A stretch of 63,865 bases of DNA, counting the filler, from Lama guanicoe (lineage: Eukaryota), in NCBI GenBank assembly GCA_013239625.1. It is 206 parts of 206 records of this genome, joined end to end, with 100 filler letters (N's around TTAATTAATTAA, not from the genome) between each part and the next. Parts side by side here need not be neighbours in the genome. Positions count along the whole stretch, not along the records: positions 51,527 to 51,737 come from PNXV01036192.1; positions 51,838 to 52,048 come from PNXV01036193.1; positions 52,149 to 52,359 come from PNXV01036194.1; positions 52,460 to 52,670 come from PNXV01036195.1; positions 52,771 to 52,981 come from PNXV01036196.1; positions 53,082 to 53,292 come from PNXV01036197.1; positions 53,393 to 53,603 come from PNXV01036198.1; positions 53,704 to 53,914 come from PNXV01036199.1; 198 more parts are not named here. The stretch is one strand, 5' to 3'. Positions 51,427-63,865 of the stretch are shown piece after piece; position 1 is the stretch's first letter; the number at the start of each line of letters is the position of its first letter. The notes below the pieces were generated by a model, which did no database searches, was not told where the DNA came from, and saw only the letters and a list, made by a program, of their open reading frames with translations. Both the position numbers and the translations under genes were made by a program.

Positions 51427-53081
51427 NNNNNNNNNNNNNNNNNNNNNNNNNNNNNNNNNNNNNNNNNNNNTTAATTAATTAANNNNNNNNNNNNNNNNNN
51501 NNNNNNNNNNNNNNNNNNNNNNNNNNAGGTGTTATTCTAAGCCACTAAATCTGTTGACAATTTGTTAGGCAGCAGTAGCAAATTAATACACACTTTTTAC
51601 AGTTAACTATATTTAGATTATTTGAATTTCTTTAGATTTTTTGGGAAATTGTCTTTACATTATATATATATATTTATATATAATATTACACATTATGCAA
51701 TGTAAATGAAATATATATATGTGTATATATATGTATANNNNNNNNNNNNNNNNNNNNNNNNNNNNNNNNNNNNNNNNNNNNTTAATTAATTAANNNNNNN
51801 NNNNNNNNNNNNNNNNNNNNNNNNNNNNNNNNNNNNNGGTTGGCTTGCAGTGTTTTATCTGTATTGTCATTAGTAAGTGTTAAAATCAAGTTTCTTTTAT
51901 GAACTGTGGGAACATTTACATCTTTTCCTATGATCTAGAATAGTTTAAATACTTGGGTGAATAATTTCTAAGAATTTGGTTAAACTTAGCCACAAAGGCA
52001 TCTAATCCTATTAACTTCTTTAGTGGCTTCTTTTTATTCATCTTTCCANNNNNNNNNNNNNNNNNNNNNNNNNNNNNNNNNNNNNNNNNNNNTTAATTAA
52101 TTAANNNNNNNNNNNNNNNNNNNNNNNNNNNNNNNNNNNNNNNNNNNNCCTGTCAGTATCTACAGATTTTGAAATTCCAGTGAAAGAAAATTTCTTTATA
52201 AGGCATTTAACCAATTCCATCACAGTCTCAAGGCAATTCAGCCTGGATTTTAACTTCAAAAAGCCAAAATTAACTCATGGATTTGAATTAGACTGGTTAC
52301 TTTGTTGAATGGACCAAAACCGTCAATCCTTATGTTAATGATTAAGCTCAATTTAACTTNNNNNNNNNNNNNNNNNNNNNNNNNNNNNNNNNNNNNNNNN
52401 NNNTTAATTAATTAANNNNNNNNNNNNNNNNNNNNNNNNNNNNNNNNNNNNNNNNNNNNGTCAGTGATTCAGTGATCCAGAAGCTCAAATCTTTTTAACT
52501 GAATATGGGGACAATATGGATGTTCATCCAGCCACAGACACCTGCCCCCTTGATTTCCAGTGTCGATTTTGTTTTTCCTGATATCAAGGTATCTCTTTTC
52601 AGCCTCATCCTTGCTTCCCAAAGCTGTGTGTCCTGGTAGATAGGCAACTTAGCATCCAGAATGAATTCACNNNNNNNNNNNNNNNNNNNNNNNNNNNNNN
52701 NNNNNNNNNNNNNNTTAATTAATTAANNNNNNNNNNNNNNNNNNNNNNNNNNNNNNNNNNNNNNNNNNNNTGAGAACACTTTAATGATTAGGTAGAAAAC
52801 ATTGAAATAAAAATCAAAAATAAGTTAAAACTCCTAAAATCATGAGCTTTTTTTTCTTAAAAATATTAACAAAGTGGTAAGCATTTATCCAGGCTTATCA
52901 AGAAATACACAGATTGGACCCAATCAAAATAGGAAATGAAACAGTAAAAATAACATTTGATATAACTGAAATCCAAAAAAANNNNNNNNNNNNNNNNNNN
53001 NNNNNNNNNNNNNNNNNNNNNNNNNTTAATTAATTAANNNNNNNNNNNNNNNNNNNNNNNNNNNNNNNNNNNNNNNNNNNN

Positions 53082-53168
53082 TCCAGGACTATCAGAAATA
53101 AGTACTTACTGTTTATAAGCCACCTAGCCCGTGGTATTTTGTTATTGCAGCGTGAATGGACTAAGACA
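53082..53168 (+). mobile_element. MaLR LTR 3' end
   Basis: tccaggact...gaaataa...ctgtttataagccacctagcccgtggtattttgttattgcagcgtgaatggactaagaca. Confidence 0.85.
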
Positions 53169-54947
53169 TACAAATAACTCAAGCTTCTTTCAAATGCTTT
53201 AAAAAAAAATCTAAGTATTCCAATCTAAAATTTCCTTAAAAACAACTCTGTGGGAAAAAATGATAAGGCATAACAATTCTAATGTAACAATTNNNNNNNN
53301 NNNNNNNNNNNNNNNNNNNNNNNNNNNNNNNNNNNNTTAATTAATTAANNNNNNNNNNNNNNNNNNNNNNNNNNNNNNNNNNNNNNNNNNNNGGTTGTGG
53401 AAAGTGTTGTGAATTCATAGAATCTAAGATGTCTTTGTTGCCTTGGGGATGATTATGACTAACCTCAAAAAGCTAGCTGAAAAAACAAAATGTAAAGGAA
53501 ATTGGTTTGCCCGATTCTTAAGTGGAAAAGAAACAGAACATCAGGTGATTCTGGGCAGTAAGTGCTGCTCTGTGGTGAGGGCAGCCTGCCTGGGAGCCTG
53601 GCANNNNNNNNNNNNNNNNNNNNNNNNNNNNNNNNNNNNNNNNNNNNTTAATTAATTAANNNNNNNNNNNNNNNNNNNNNNNNNNNNNNNNNNNNNNNNN
53701 NNNCTCAACTCTCCTCTTCAATAGGAAAAAACAGCTCAAATCCAAGACCATGAAGACAGCGATGGATGAGGCCAAGCCCTCGGGAAGAAAATACATTAGC
53801 ACAAGAGCTCCTCCAGCAGACCTACCGCAGGGCCAGGAACCCAGAAAGCGCTTTCAAGGAGGACTTCACAGTCCCCACAGTAACCCTATGAGGTTAACCC
53901 TCTATTCACCCCACNNNNNNNNNNNNNNNNNNNNNNNNNNNNNNNNNNNNNNNNNNNNTTAATTAATTAANNNNNNNNNNNNNNNNNNNNNNNNNNNNNN
54001 NNNNNNNNNNNNNNTTATTAAATGAAGTTAGTAGATTATAAAACCTAACGTATATAATCTCATTATGAGAGAAAAAACATCTGACATAACCCAACACTCA
54101 TTCATGATTAAAAAAAAAAAAACTCCCATATACTTAGGACTTTTCTGTAAGTTTGGAATTACTTCCAAACAAAATGTAAAAGAAATGTGTTTGGTAGATA
54201 GATATAAAATCAATAATGGACAGATNNNNNNNNNNNNNNNNNNNNNNNNNNNNNNNNNNNNNNNNNNNNTTAATTAATTAANNNNNNNNNNNNNNNNNNN
54301 NNNNNNNNNNNNNNNNNNNNNNNNNTTTAATCCAGCTTCGTGATTTCCCAGTGAATTATTTATCAGAAACTATCCATTTCTCTTTTATCTGATTGTATGA
54401 CCTTCAAGAAATGCTGCTAACCTGCCTTACCAAGTTCACCAATAAAGAGTGCTCTAGACAGGAATTACCTATATTTTACTCACTGAGAATAAAATATCTC
54501 CCATCACCAATTAATCAGCGTATCCAACTATGTGACNNNNNNNNNNNNNNNNNNNNNNNNNNNNNNNNNNNNNNNNNNNNTTAATTAATTAANNNNNNNN
54601 NNNNNNNNNNNNNNNNNNNNNNNNNNNNNNNNNNNNCTGCAGCCACCTTATCACTGAGCTAAGAACTTGGTGTTTTGAATTGTAGGAAGGAGGTTTTTTT
54701 TTTTCCTCCCATCAGTGCGGAGGGAGCAGAGCTTGTGAAGAGGGTTGTGGGCCATGGAGTAAGACTGCATGGACAAAAAACTCACTTCCACCACCTACCA
54801 ACTCAATGACCTGGTGCAAGAATTCCACCCAGAGCCTTAAACATATGNNNNNNNNNNNNNNNNNNNNNNNNNNNNNNNNNNNNNNNNNNNNTTAATTAAT
54901 TAANNNNNNNNNNNNNNNNNNNNNNNNNNNNNNNNNNNNNNNNNNNN

Positions 54948-55158
54948 GTGATATCATATGATACTTGTCTTTCTCTGTCTGAGTTATTTCACTTTAATGT
55001 GATAATCTCCAGGTCCATCCATGTTCCTGTAAATGGCATTATTTCCTTCTTTGTTACAGCTGAGTAATATTCTTTTATATCTAAATACTACATCTTTATA
55101 CAGTCATCAGTCAGTGGGCGTTTAGGTTGCTTCTATGTCTTGGCCATTGTAAACAATG
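54948..55158 (-). mobile_element. LINE-1 ORF2 end / 3' UTR fragment
   Basis: gtgatatcatatgatacttgtctttctctgtctgagttatttcact...ctccaggtccatccatgtt...tttaggttgcttctatgtcttggc. Confidence 0.92.
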
Positions 55159-55569
55159 NNNNNNNNNNNNNNNNNNNNNNNNNNNNNNNNNNNNNNNNNN
55201 NNTTAATTAATTAANNNNNNNNNNNNNNNNNNNNNNNNNNNNNNNNNNNNNNNNNNNNACAGTTGGGGTGATGCTTTGCAGGGCTGCTTCGTCTTCAGGA
55301 GGATTCAAAGGGGGAACTTTGTGACAAGTGCAGGCTTCTTGTGGACCATGCTGCTGAACTGGGCAACATATTTAAAAAGCCTAGTGAAAACTCTGATTTC
55401 ATAAAGCTGTTGTTAAAGGGGATTGATGGCGTAGGATTGAGTGAACTGATGAATGTGGTTATAGTTTTTNNNNNNNNNNNNNNNNNNNNNNNNNNNNNNN
55501 NNNNNNNNNNNNNTTAATTAATTAANNNNNNNNNNNNNNNNNNNNNNNNNNNNNNNNNNNNNNNNNNNN

Positions 55570-55780
55570 AAGGGGCAGAGAAACCTCTGATCTACAGCCA
55601 GTGAGCTGGAAGCACAGGCAACAACCTGGACTGGTGGATGGGTATCTGAAGTGGGGTGATCTCATGGGACTGAGCCCTTAACCCGTGGGATCTGATGCTA
55701 CCTCCAGGGAGATCGTATCAGAATTGTGTTGAATTTGTGGCACACCCAGTCACTGTCTGCTGAAAATGGGAGAATTGCTT
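55570..55780. mobile_element. MER21-like LTR fragment
   Basis: gaagcacaggcaacaacctggac...atctgaagtgggg...tgggactgagcccttaacccgtgggatctgatgcta...cagaattgtgttgaatt. Confidence 0.8.
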
Positions 55781-56191
55781 NNNNNNNNNNNNNNNNNNNN
55801 NNNNNNNNNNNNNNNNNNNNNNNNTTAATTAATTAANNNNNNNNNNNNNNNNNNNNNNNNNNNNNNNNNNNNNNNNNNNNAAAGTCATAAACAAGGAAAA
55901 AAATGCCCCCACATTTCTACAGAATGTGTAGAAACTTTACTATTAGGAAAATTTCAAACATCCACAAAAGTAGAAGAGTGTCACGAATGCCCACATATCA
56001 GTGACCCGGATTTAGCAATCATCAACGTTTTGCATTCCCCCTCCCCACATGCAGACTTATTTCCCTGATGAGTATTTTTAAAGCAAATCCCNNNNNNNNN
56101 NNNNNNNNNNNNNNNNNNNNNNNNNNNNNNNNNNNTTAATTAATTAANNNNNNNNNNNNNNNNNNNNNNNNNNNNNNNNNNNNNNNNNNNN

Positions 56192-56402
56192 TATATATAT
56201 ATATTTCTTTTTATATTCTTTTTCATTATAGGCTATTGCAAAGTATTGAATATAGTTGCCTGTGCTATACACTAGGATCTTGTTGTTTATCTATTTTATA
56301 TATTATAGTTAGTATCTGCAAATTCTGACCTCCAAGTTTATCCTTCCAGATCCCCTTCCCCCTTTGGTAACCATAAATTTGTTTTCTGTGTCTGTGAATC
56401 TA
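56192..56402 (-). mobile_element. LINE-1 3' UTR fragment
   Basis: cattataggctattgcaaagtattgaatatagttgcctgtgctatac...ccccttcccctttggtaaccataaatttgttttct. Confidence 0.92.
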
Positions 56403-57124
56403 NNNNNNNNNNNNNNNNNNNNNNNNNNNNNNNNNNNNNNNNNNNNTTAATTAATTAANNNNNNNNNNNNNNNNNNNNNNNNNNNNNNNNNNNNNNNNNN
56501 NNAGCCAATTATAATAATAGCTTAATAATAAGTGTTACAATAATAGCTAACCTTTACTGAGATTTTGCTCTGTGTCAGGACTGTGCTAAATATCTTAAAT
56601 GCATTATTTGGGAGAAATACAGGAAGCTTCCAAATGAAAAAGATAGGGCAGAATAAACAATTACCTCTGGATCATGTGACTTTATAAAGAGAAAAGGCAT
56701 TTCTGTAGCCTCTNNNNNNNNNNNNNNNNNNNNNNNNNNNNNNNNNNNNNNNNNNNNTTAATTAATTAANNNNNNNNNNNNNNNNNNNNNNNNNNNNNNN
56801 NNNNNNNNNNNNNCTCTCCCCTCGCAGCCGCACAAGAGAGTTGGAGCCAGGGGGCGGGCACCAGACACGTTTAGTTCTTAGTCATCACAGTCCTCAGGGT
56901 GAGCAGCTCAAGGATGTCAGGACTCCTGGGGCTCCCAGTGGTGATGTTGCCAAATACACTGACCTTACCCTGCGCGGGGCCAGCTGCCCAGGAGCGGTGC
57001 CCCTGAACCGGCAGAAGGGGACCCNNNNNNNNNNNNNNNNNNNNNNNNNNNNNNNNNNNNNNNNNNNNTTAATTAATTAANNNNNNNNNNNNNNNNNNNN
57101 NNNNNNNNNNNNNNNNNNNNNNNN

Positions 57125-57334
57125 ACAGACTCATAGACATAGAATACAAACTTGTAGTTGCCAAGGGGGTGGGTAGTGGGAAGGGACAGACTGGGATACC
57201 AAAATGTAGAATAGATAAATTAAATTATACTGTATAGCACACGGAAATATATACAAGATCTTATGGTAGCTTACAGAGAAAAAATTGTGACAATGAACAT
57301 ATATATGTTCATGTATAACTGAAAAATTGTGCTC
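57125..57334 (+). mobile_element. LINE-1 3' UTR fragment
   Basis: acagactcatagacatagaatacaaacttgtagttgccaagggg...ctgtatagcac...atgtataactgaaaaattgtgctc. Confidence 0.92.
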
Positions 57335-58999
57335 NNNNNNNNNNNNNNNNNNNNNNNNNNNNNNNNNNNNNNNNNNNNTTAATTAATTAANNNNNNNNNN
57401 NNNNNNNNNNNNNNNNNNNNNNNNNNNNNNNNNNGTCCTTAAGGCTCATTTTCTGCAAAGGTAACAGAAGTATCCATCTACTAGGCTTACCAATCAAGAT
57501 TATGGAATGGCCAGCAATGTGCTTGGTGCATATAAGATGCTCCATAAGTGGTCAGACTTTCCTTTTGTTGCTCTTGGAGACTCATGTGGAATAGAAAGAC
57601 CCCTGTGGCCTCAGGAGATTACAGTCTCATCGGAGAGGCAAAGGANNNNNNNNNNNNNNNNNNNNNNNNNNNNNNNNNNNNNNNNNNNNTTAATTAATTA
57701 ANNNNNNNNNNNNNNNNNNNNNNNNNNNNNNNNNNNNNNNNNNNNTGTGTCTACCTACATATGTACATGTATCTGTAGCAATATATGGCGGATTGTTCTG
57801 TAATTATTTAGCTTTTGCTATGCAGCGAACCACTCCAAACTTAGTTGTTTAAAATAGTACATATTTACTATTGCTCAGGAGTCAATGGGTCCATGGTGGA
57901 TAGGGTGGGCAGGACTACTGGACCCAGGGAGACTTTTGCATGTGTGGGGGCTTCCTNNNNNNNNNNNNNNNNNNNNNNNNNNNNNNNNNNNNNNNNNNNN
58001 TTAATTAATTAANNNNNNNNNNNNNNNNNNNNNNNNNNNNNNNNNNNNNNNNNNNNTGTGTGTGTGTTAAAGTTTGTATATGGCTGCTCTAGACCACTTG
58101 AACTGCCTTCTAGTCAACAAAAAAGAACACTAAAGTCATCACCTACTTAATGACTGTATTTCTGTGAGCTCTGGAACCACAAATTCAAGCTCAGCTAGGC
58201 CAGTGGAGGTGTGTTGATCCTGTATGATTGTGGTTGACTCACAGACCTTGCTGTACTACAGACGCTCNNNNNNNNNNNNNNNNNNNNNNNNNNNNNNNNN
58301 NNNNNNNNNNNTTAATTAATTAANNNNNNNNNNNNNNNNNNNNNNNNNNNNNNNNNNNNNNNNNNNNTTTGTCTTTTTGTTTCTTAAGTCTTACATTACC
58401 CATCCTCAGACAGTCCCGAGCTGCGCTGGATGCAGCACATTTTAAACTAATCAGCAAATTCATTTCAGCTCTGGGGACTGGTTGAGGGTATAAACTCCAG
58501 TGGAGACTTTGTCTCGGAGGGGGTCCCCGCAATTTCACTACCTTTACTTATGGCAGCCCCCACCAGGCCTTGCTGTGANNNNNNNNNNNNNNNNNNNNNN
58601 NNNNNNNNNNNNNNNNNNNNNNTTAATTAATTAANNNNNNNNNNNNNNNNNNNNNNNNNNNNNNNNNNNNNNNNNNNNTTGCTGGCAGATGGGTGGCAGG
58701 TGTGCACAGGGGAGAGTCACAGTGAGCGCCTCCCCTCCTGGAACCCTGAGCGCTGAGCCCAGGCTCAAAGCTCCGCTGCATCCCTCACCTCCCTTCATCT
58801 TCAAAGCAGCCAGTGACGGGGGAGGGTGGGGGAAGCAGAACAGGTTGCTGTTTACTCATGAAGAAGAGGCCCTGGGGAAGGTGACAGGCNNNNNNNNNNN
58901 NNNNNNNNNNNNNNNNNNNNNNNNNNNNNNNNNTTAATTAATTAANNNNNNNNNNNNNNNNNNNNNNNNNNNNNNNNNNNNNNNNNNNNGCTTTACAAG

Positions 59000-59160
59000 C
59001 GCATCTAACTGGACCCTTACCTCAGTGTGCTCGCCCTGCCAGTTTGTAGGTGAGGAAGCTGAGATTTGGGGAAGTTACAGCATCCCAGGACACACAACCA
59101 ATAAAAAACAGAGCCAGGATTCAAACCCAATTCCAGGTGTGTCCAGAATCCATCTTTTTC
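59000..59160. mobile_element. MIR SINE
   Basis: cagtttgtaggtgaggaagctgagatttggggaagtta...cccaggacacaca...cagagccaggattcaaaccca. Confidence 0.75.
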
Positions 59161-60233
59161 CCAGTCAGGATAACTGGGCCTCGGAGGAAGAGAGGGACAC
59201 NNNNNNNNNNNNNNNNNNNNNNNNNNNNNNNNNNNNNNNNNNNNTTAATTAATTAANNNNNNNNNNNNNNNNNNNNNNNNNNNNNNNNNNNNNNNNNNNN
59301 CTGTCAGCCCAGAGGGTTTGTGAAGATGGCTCGACTCTACAGCCTTTCCGCTGGGGTGGCTCTGCTGTATGCGTGGGTGCCGCCCTCACTGTTGTTATCT
59401 GCTCCTCCTCCTCATCATCACTGCAAACTTCAGGTCACAGACCCAGATGTGACCATCTGCCTGATGTCCTGAGATTTATCCTAGGACAAGCTCGTTCTCA
59501 CTTCCCTGGAGNNNNNNNNNNNNNNNNNNNNNNNNNNNNNNNNNNNNNNNNNNNNTTAATTAATTAANNNNNNNNNNNNNNNNNNNNNNNNNNNNNNNNN
59601 NNNNNNNNNNNTGATATGGAATCATACAGAACAGGAGGAGAGATAAACACGGGGCTTGATACTAGTGACAGTAACTGGGGGATATTTGGCATTGCCTCTC
59701 TTGGAGAACGAGGGAAATTTTAGTTGATGGGCCACAGTTGCTTTACAGAACTGGGAATGTATTTGGGGAAGGATTCATAAACATGGGGATCAAGTTAAGA
59801 ATGGATATATGTCCATGAATGANNNNNNNNNNNNNNNNNNNNNNNNNNNNNNNNNNNNNNNNNNNNTTAATTAATTAANNNNNNNNNNNNNNNNNNNNNN
59901 NNNNNNNNNNNNNNNNNNNNNNACTTACCCTTTTGTACTTGAGCTACTCTTTTTTAGCAAAGATTCAGGCATCCAAATACATAGCATTTACAAATAGCAT
60001 TCGGACAACTCATCAGGACAATCATATATTAGATATAAAACCTAGTGTAAAATTATTGCTTTTCTTATTTAAGATTCTACAAATTAAGTTTGTGAGAAGA
60101 TATTTGTAATGAAATAGATCAGCTCTTATTATTNNNNNNNNNNNNNNNNNNNNNNNNNNNNNNNNNNNNNNNNNNNNTTAATTAATTAANNNNNNNNNNN
60201 NNNNNNNNNNNNNNNNNNNNNNNNNNNNNNNNN

Positions 60234-60444
60234 CAGCAAGAGAATAGTAAAGTGTGAGTTACAAGGGAATCCCCATAAGCCTAACAGCAGATTTCTCTAC
60301 ACAAATACTACAACCCAGAAGGGAGAGACAATATATATTCAAAGTCCTGAATGAAAAAATTATATACTGTAGGATAATTTGACCAGCAATGCTATTCTTT
60401 TTGGTAGAAATAAAGGATTTCACAGAGAAGAAAAAGCTTCAAGA
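60234..60444 (+). mobile_element. LINE-1 ORF1 fragment
   Basis: tacaagggaatccccataagcctaacagcagatttctctaca...atatattcaaagtcctgaatgaaaaaa. Confidence 0.9.
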
Positions 60445-60557
60445 NNNNNNNNNNNNNNNNNNNNNNNNNNNNNNNNNNNNNNNNNNNNTTAATTAATTAA
60501 NNNNNNNNNNNNNNNNNNNNNNNNNNNNNNNNNNNNNNNNNNNNCCTTTTCGGCAGG

Positions 60558-60664
60558 TCCTCAGAGCTACCAAGTGGTTGTCTCCTGGGCTGTCGTCCTC
60601 AGTAAGACCCTGAATACAACTGAAACTTACAGCTCTCACGTTACGGATTTTATTTTCGTTGACG
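60558..60664 (+). mobile_element. ERV LTR 3' end
   Basis: gtctcctgggctgtcgtcctcagtaagaccctgaatacaactgaaacttacagctctcacgtt...gttgac, an R/U5-like segment with a decayed AATAAA. Confidence 0.55.
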
Positions 60665-61477
60665 CTTATTTCACATGGGTATCCTCGCTGTCAACCTTCT
60701 CTAAGAAAGAAGATCTTTCAGCTAGTAACCCAGCTGTCAGCCCTGCGTTGAAACCNNNNNNNNNNNNNNNNNNNNNNNNNNNNNNNNNNNNNNNNNNNNT
60801 TAATTAATTAANNNNNNNNNNNNNNNNNNNNNNNNNNNNNNNNNNNNNNNNNNNNTGGGATTATGAAGTATTATTCAATGAGAGATATTTCTCTGCATTA
60901 AATGTGCACAAAATAAATATTCTATTCTGAATGCCCTTCCTCTACGTAACACCTAAATACTGCTTACAATAGATCTCACATACTTTGAAAAGCATTACAG
61001 GGCTCACAAAACAGTAAGGCATGTCCTCCATGAACCTTAACACCAAAAACAAAACAAAACAAAACANNNNNNNNNNNNNNNNNNNNNNNNNNNNNNNNNN
61101 NNNNNNNNNNTTAATTAATTAANNNNNNNNNNNNNNNNNNNNNNNNNNNNNNNNNNNNNNNNNNNNCATGGTCGCTGAGAAGGAGGGATGGAGCAGGTGG
61201 GAAGTGCGCGGCCTTCCTGTGCTCACTATTCAGGCCTCCTGCCGGCCGCTCTGCCGCAGTTATTACTAAGAAGCCGTAATAGCTTCGTTCCACTCCGTAC
61301 GGGTTAGGAGTACCTTCACGTGACATCTATGGCGACATTGCTTGTCATACTCCCTTGTGATGAAATGCTTGTTACAGNNNNNNNNNNNNNNNNNNNNNNN
61401 NNNNNNNNNNNNNNNNNNNNNTTAATTAATTAANNNNNNNNNNNNNNNNNNNNNNNNNNNNNNNNNNNNNNNNNNNN

Positions 61478-61688
61478 GCAACTATGTTGCTTCAAATTGA
61501 GGGATATGAAAAAATCCAGCCTCCCACAGATGAGTGGTTGGAAAAGGGGGTGTTTTAGCAGCCTCTTCAGGTAATTGTGACTCTTCTTGATATTGCACCA
61601 CAACTGAATGAGTGCTAGTTTCAGAAGGGTGAGTTGCAATGAGGAATGTGATCAGAGATCATCTTTTTCACTTACTAAAGAGTAAAGC
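61478..61688 (-). mobile_element. Charlie1 (hAT) transposase 3' fossil
   Basis: gcaactatgttg...aaaatccagcctcccacagatgagtggttggaaaaggg...gtgctagtttc...agttgcaatg matches recalled Charlie1 (hAT dimerisation region). Confidence 0.8.
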
Positions 61689-61894
61689 NNNNNNNNNNNN
61701 NNNNNNNNNNNNNNNNNNNNNNNNNNNNNNNNTTAATTAATTAANNNNNNNNNNNNNNNNNNNNNNNNNNNNNNNNNNNNNNNNNNNNTTTTCAAACCCA
61801 TCATCCTGTCCAGTCTCAGGATGGTCACCTGATGCTGGGTCAGTGGCCCATGGAGGTAACCCAGAGTGAGAAGTTTCTGATTCTTCTTCCTCAG

Positions 61895-61999
61895 ACCCTC
61901 CAAGGACCCATGTAACACATCACCCCACCTCTGACCATAAGGCCACCCTCAGGTGCTGGGCCCTGGGCTTCTACCCTGCGGACATCTCACTGACCTGGC
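61895..61999 (+). CDS. MHC class I heavy chain, alpha-3 exon (5' part)
   Basis: Acceptor ctgattcttcttcctcAG ends at 61894. The phase-1 exon reads (D)[34 protein letters not shown] with the hallmark [10 protein letters not shown]. Not in the ORF track. Confidence 0.95.
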
Positions 62000-62721
62000 N
62001 NNNNNNNNNNNNNNNNNNNNNNNNNNNNNNNNNNNNNNNNNNNTTAATTAATTAANNNNNNNNNNNNNNNNNNNNNNNNNNNNNNNNNNNNNNNNNNNNA
62101 AACCTAATCTTGACATTTTACACCAGTAAATAGCACTTAATGATGACCACGTGGTTCGGAAGAAAGCACCCCTTCCCATACTTAGTGAACCTCTTTTGTC
62201 TGAATGTCTTGATAGCATCTTGGACCAAATAGGGATTTCTGTGTGTTCTGATGGCAATCTATGAGACGCCCGCGGACTTCACACCATCCTTGTCTCCTGC
62301 CCCGATCCCCNNNNNNNNNNNNNNNNNNNNNNNNNNNNNNNNNNNNNNNNNNNNTTAATTAATTAANNNNNNNNNNNNNNNNNNNNNNNNNNNNNNNNNN
62401 NNNNNNNNNNTCTCTTCCCCACCGTCACTCTCCTAGAATATCCGCACCTTGATTATATCCCCACCACCTGCCTTGTGCTTTTCACTTTTAGGGTCTCAGA
62501 CTAGGGGCTTTGTTCACGGCCATAGACCCAGTACCTGGTGTAGGGCCTGACATATGAGAGGTTTTTAATTCGTATTTTTGAATGAATGAATCGGCGCTCG
62601 ACTCTGTTCCAGGTTCTGTGTNNNNNNNNNNNNNNNNNNNNNNNNNNNNNNNNNNNNNNNNNNNNTTAATTAATTAANNNNNNNNNNNNNNNNNNNNNNN
62701 NNNNNNNNNNNNNNNNNNNNN

Positions 62722-62932
62722 ATGAATTGGAAGAATATTGTTAAAATGATCATACTACCCTTTGCAATCTCCAGATTCAATGTCATCATATCAAAATATT
62801 AATGACTTTTTTTTACAAAACAGGAACAAAAAATTTTAATTTATATGGATAGACAAAAGACCTCAAAGAGCCAAAACAATCTTGAGAAACAACAAAGATG
62901 GAGGTATCACACTACTTGATTTGATTTCAAAC
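62722..62932 (+). mobile_element. Decayed LINE-1 ORF2 fragment
   Basis: ttggaagaatattgttaaaatg...cagattcaatg...gccaaaacaatcttgagaa...ggaggtatcacactacttgattt. Confidence 0.9.
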
Positions 62933-63032
62933 NNNNNNNNNNNNNNNNNNNNNNNNNNNNNNNNNNNNNNNNNNNNTTAATTAATTAANNNNNNNNNNNN
63001 NNNNNNNNNNNNNNNNNNNNNNNNNNNNNNNN

Positions 63033-63243
63033 GCGACCGAGGGCGCAAGAGCAGATCGTGCTCGGAGGCGGCGGAGGCGGCGACGGCGGCGGCGGCTCGG
63101 GCCCGCGGCGCTCGCAGCTGAGAATCAACAAAGGGAGGCGGCGGGCGAGCGGGGGAGGGGCACCGCCGAGCGTTCGCTGGCTGCTGTGGAATAATAAAAA
63201 ATAATTAATAATGATAATAAGAGAAAAATCCCCGGGCTTTCAT
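63033..63243. promoter_or_regulatory. CpG-island / 5' UTR-like fragment with a (GGC)n tract
   Basis: Dense CpG with ggcggcggaggcggcgacggcggcggcggc, then an abrupt AT-rich (AAT)-like tract at about 63189-63228. Gene not identified. Confidence 0.7.
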
Positions 63244-63865
63244 NNNNNNNNNNNNNNNNNNNNNNNNNNNNNNNNNNNNNNNNNNNNTTAATTAATTAAN
63301 NNNNNNNNNNNNNNNNNNNNNNNNNNNNNNNNNNNNNNNNNNNAAGATTTAAAAAGAGAGAAAATGATTGCAAACAACCTAAAGAAAAAAAAACCCCACA
63401 TGTTCCAATATCTTTTGTCCTTGGAGAGTTTTGAACAATAGGGCTTGTTTCTCCTTTGGTGCATTCTTGAGTCTTTGGGCACAGGCTCTAGACTCAGGAC
63501 GGTGCCATAGTACCTATGTCTGAAAGGCAGAGATATGTGTCAGAATGATCCTCANNNNNNNNNNNNNNNNNNNNNNNNNNNNNNNNNNNNNNNNNNNNTT
63601 AATTAATTAANNNNNNNNNNNNNNNNNNNNNNNNNNNNNNNNNNNNNNNNNNNNTTTTCCTAAGGGATAAATTAAAAAATGTAAAATAAAATATGTGTTC
63701 CACTGCAAGGATGACAGCATGGAAAATAATGTGATTACATTCACAAAGAGTGGAATCAGAATTCTTATTTTCAGTTTTTAATATCTATTAAGAATGTGAC
63801 ATTTTCTAGTTATTTTTGAGAGTAAAGATTCTCAGACAATAAGATGATTAAAGCCACTCTGCAAA

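Noticed and set aside
52460..52670. Two fairly long open frames on the minus strand
   Set aside because: No recognisable motif or splice context, and the lengths are within chance expectation.
62100..62310. Possible processed pseudogene on the minus strand
   Set aside because: The translations resemble no protein I can recognise, so the call is unsupported.

Overview
This window is not a contiguous locus. It is an artificial concatenation of 206 unrelated 209-211 bp mammalian contigs, roughly sorted by length and joined by 205 identical 100-bp linkers (44 N + TTAATTAATTAA + 44 N). The linker is palindromic and places a TAA stop in all six frames. Almost every ORF in the supplied track ends at a linker and is spurious. 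A tRNA-Ala-like SINE and artiodactyl-type L1 3' UTRs suggest a camelid source (inference). Most contigs are repeat fragments (L1, L2, MIR, MaLR/ERV LTRs, and the DNA-transposon fossils MER2, MER20, MER53, MER63, Charlie1 and MARNA) or anonymous DNA. Four protein-gene fragments are recognisable: LYPLA1 exon 1 with its CpG island and splice donor, an MHC class I alpha-3 exon with its splice acceptor, and probable retrocopies of ZNF532 and HNRNPH2. Two adjacent contigs look like a de Bruijn bubble with exactly 49-bp shared flanks. I found no credible novel multi-part biological system, and adjacency between contigs carries no biological meaning. All family and gene names come from recalled sequence, not from database searches.
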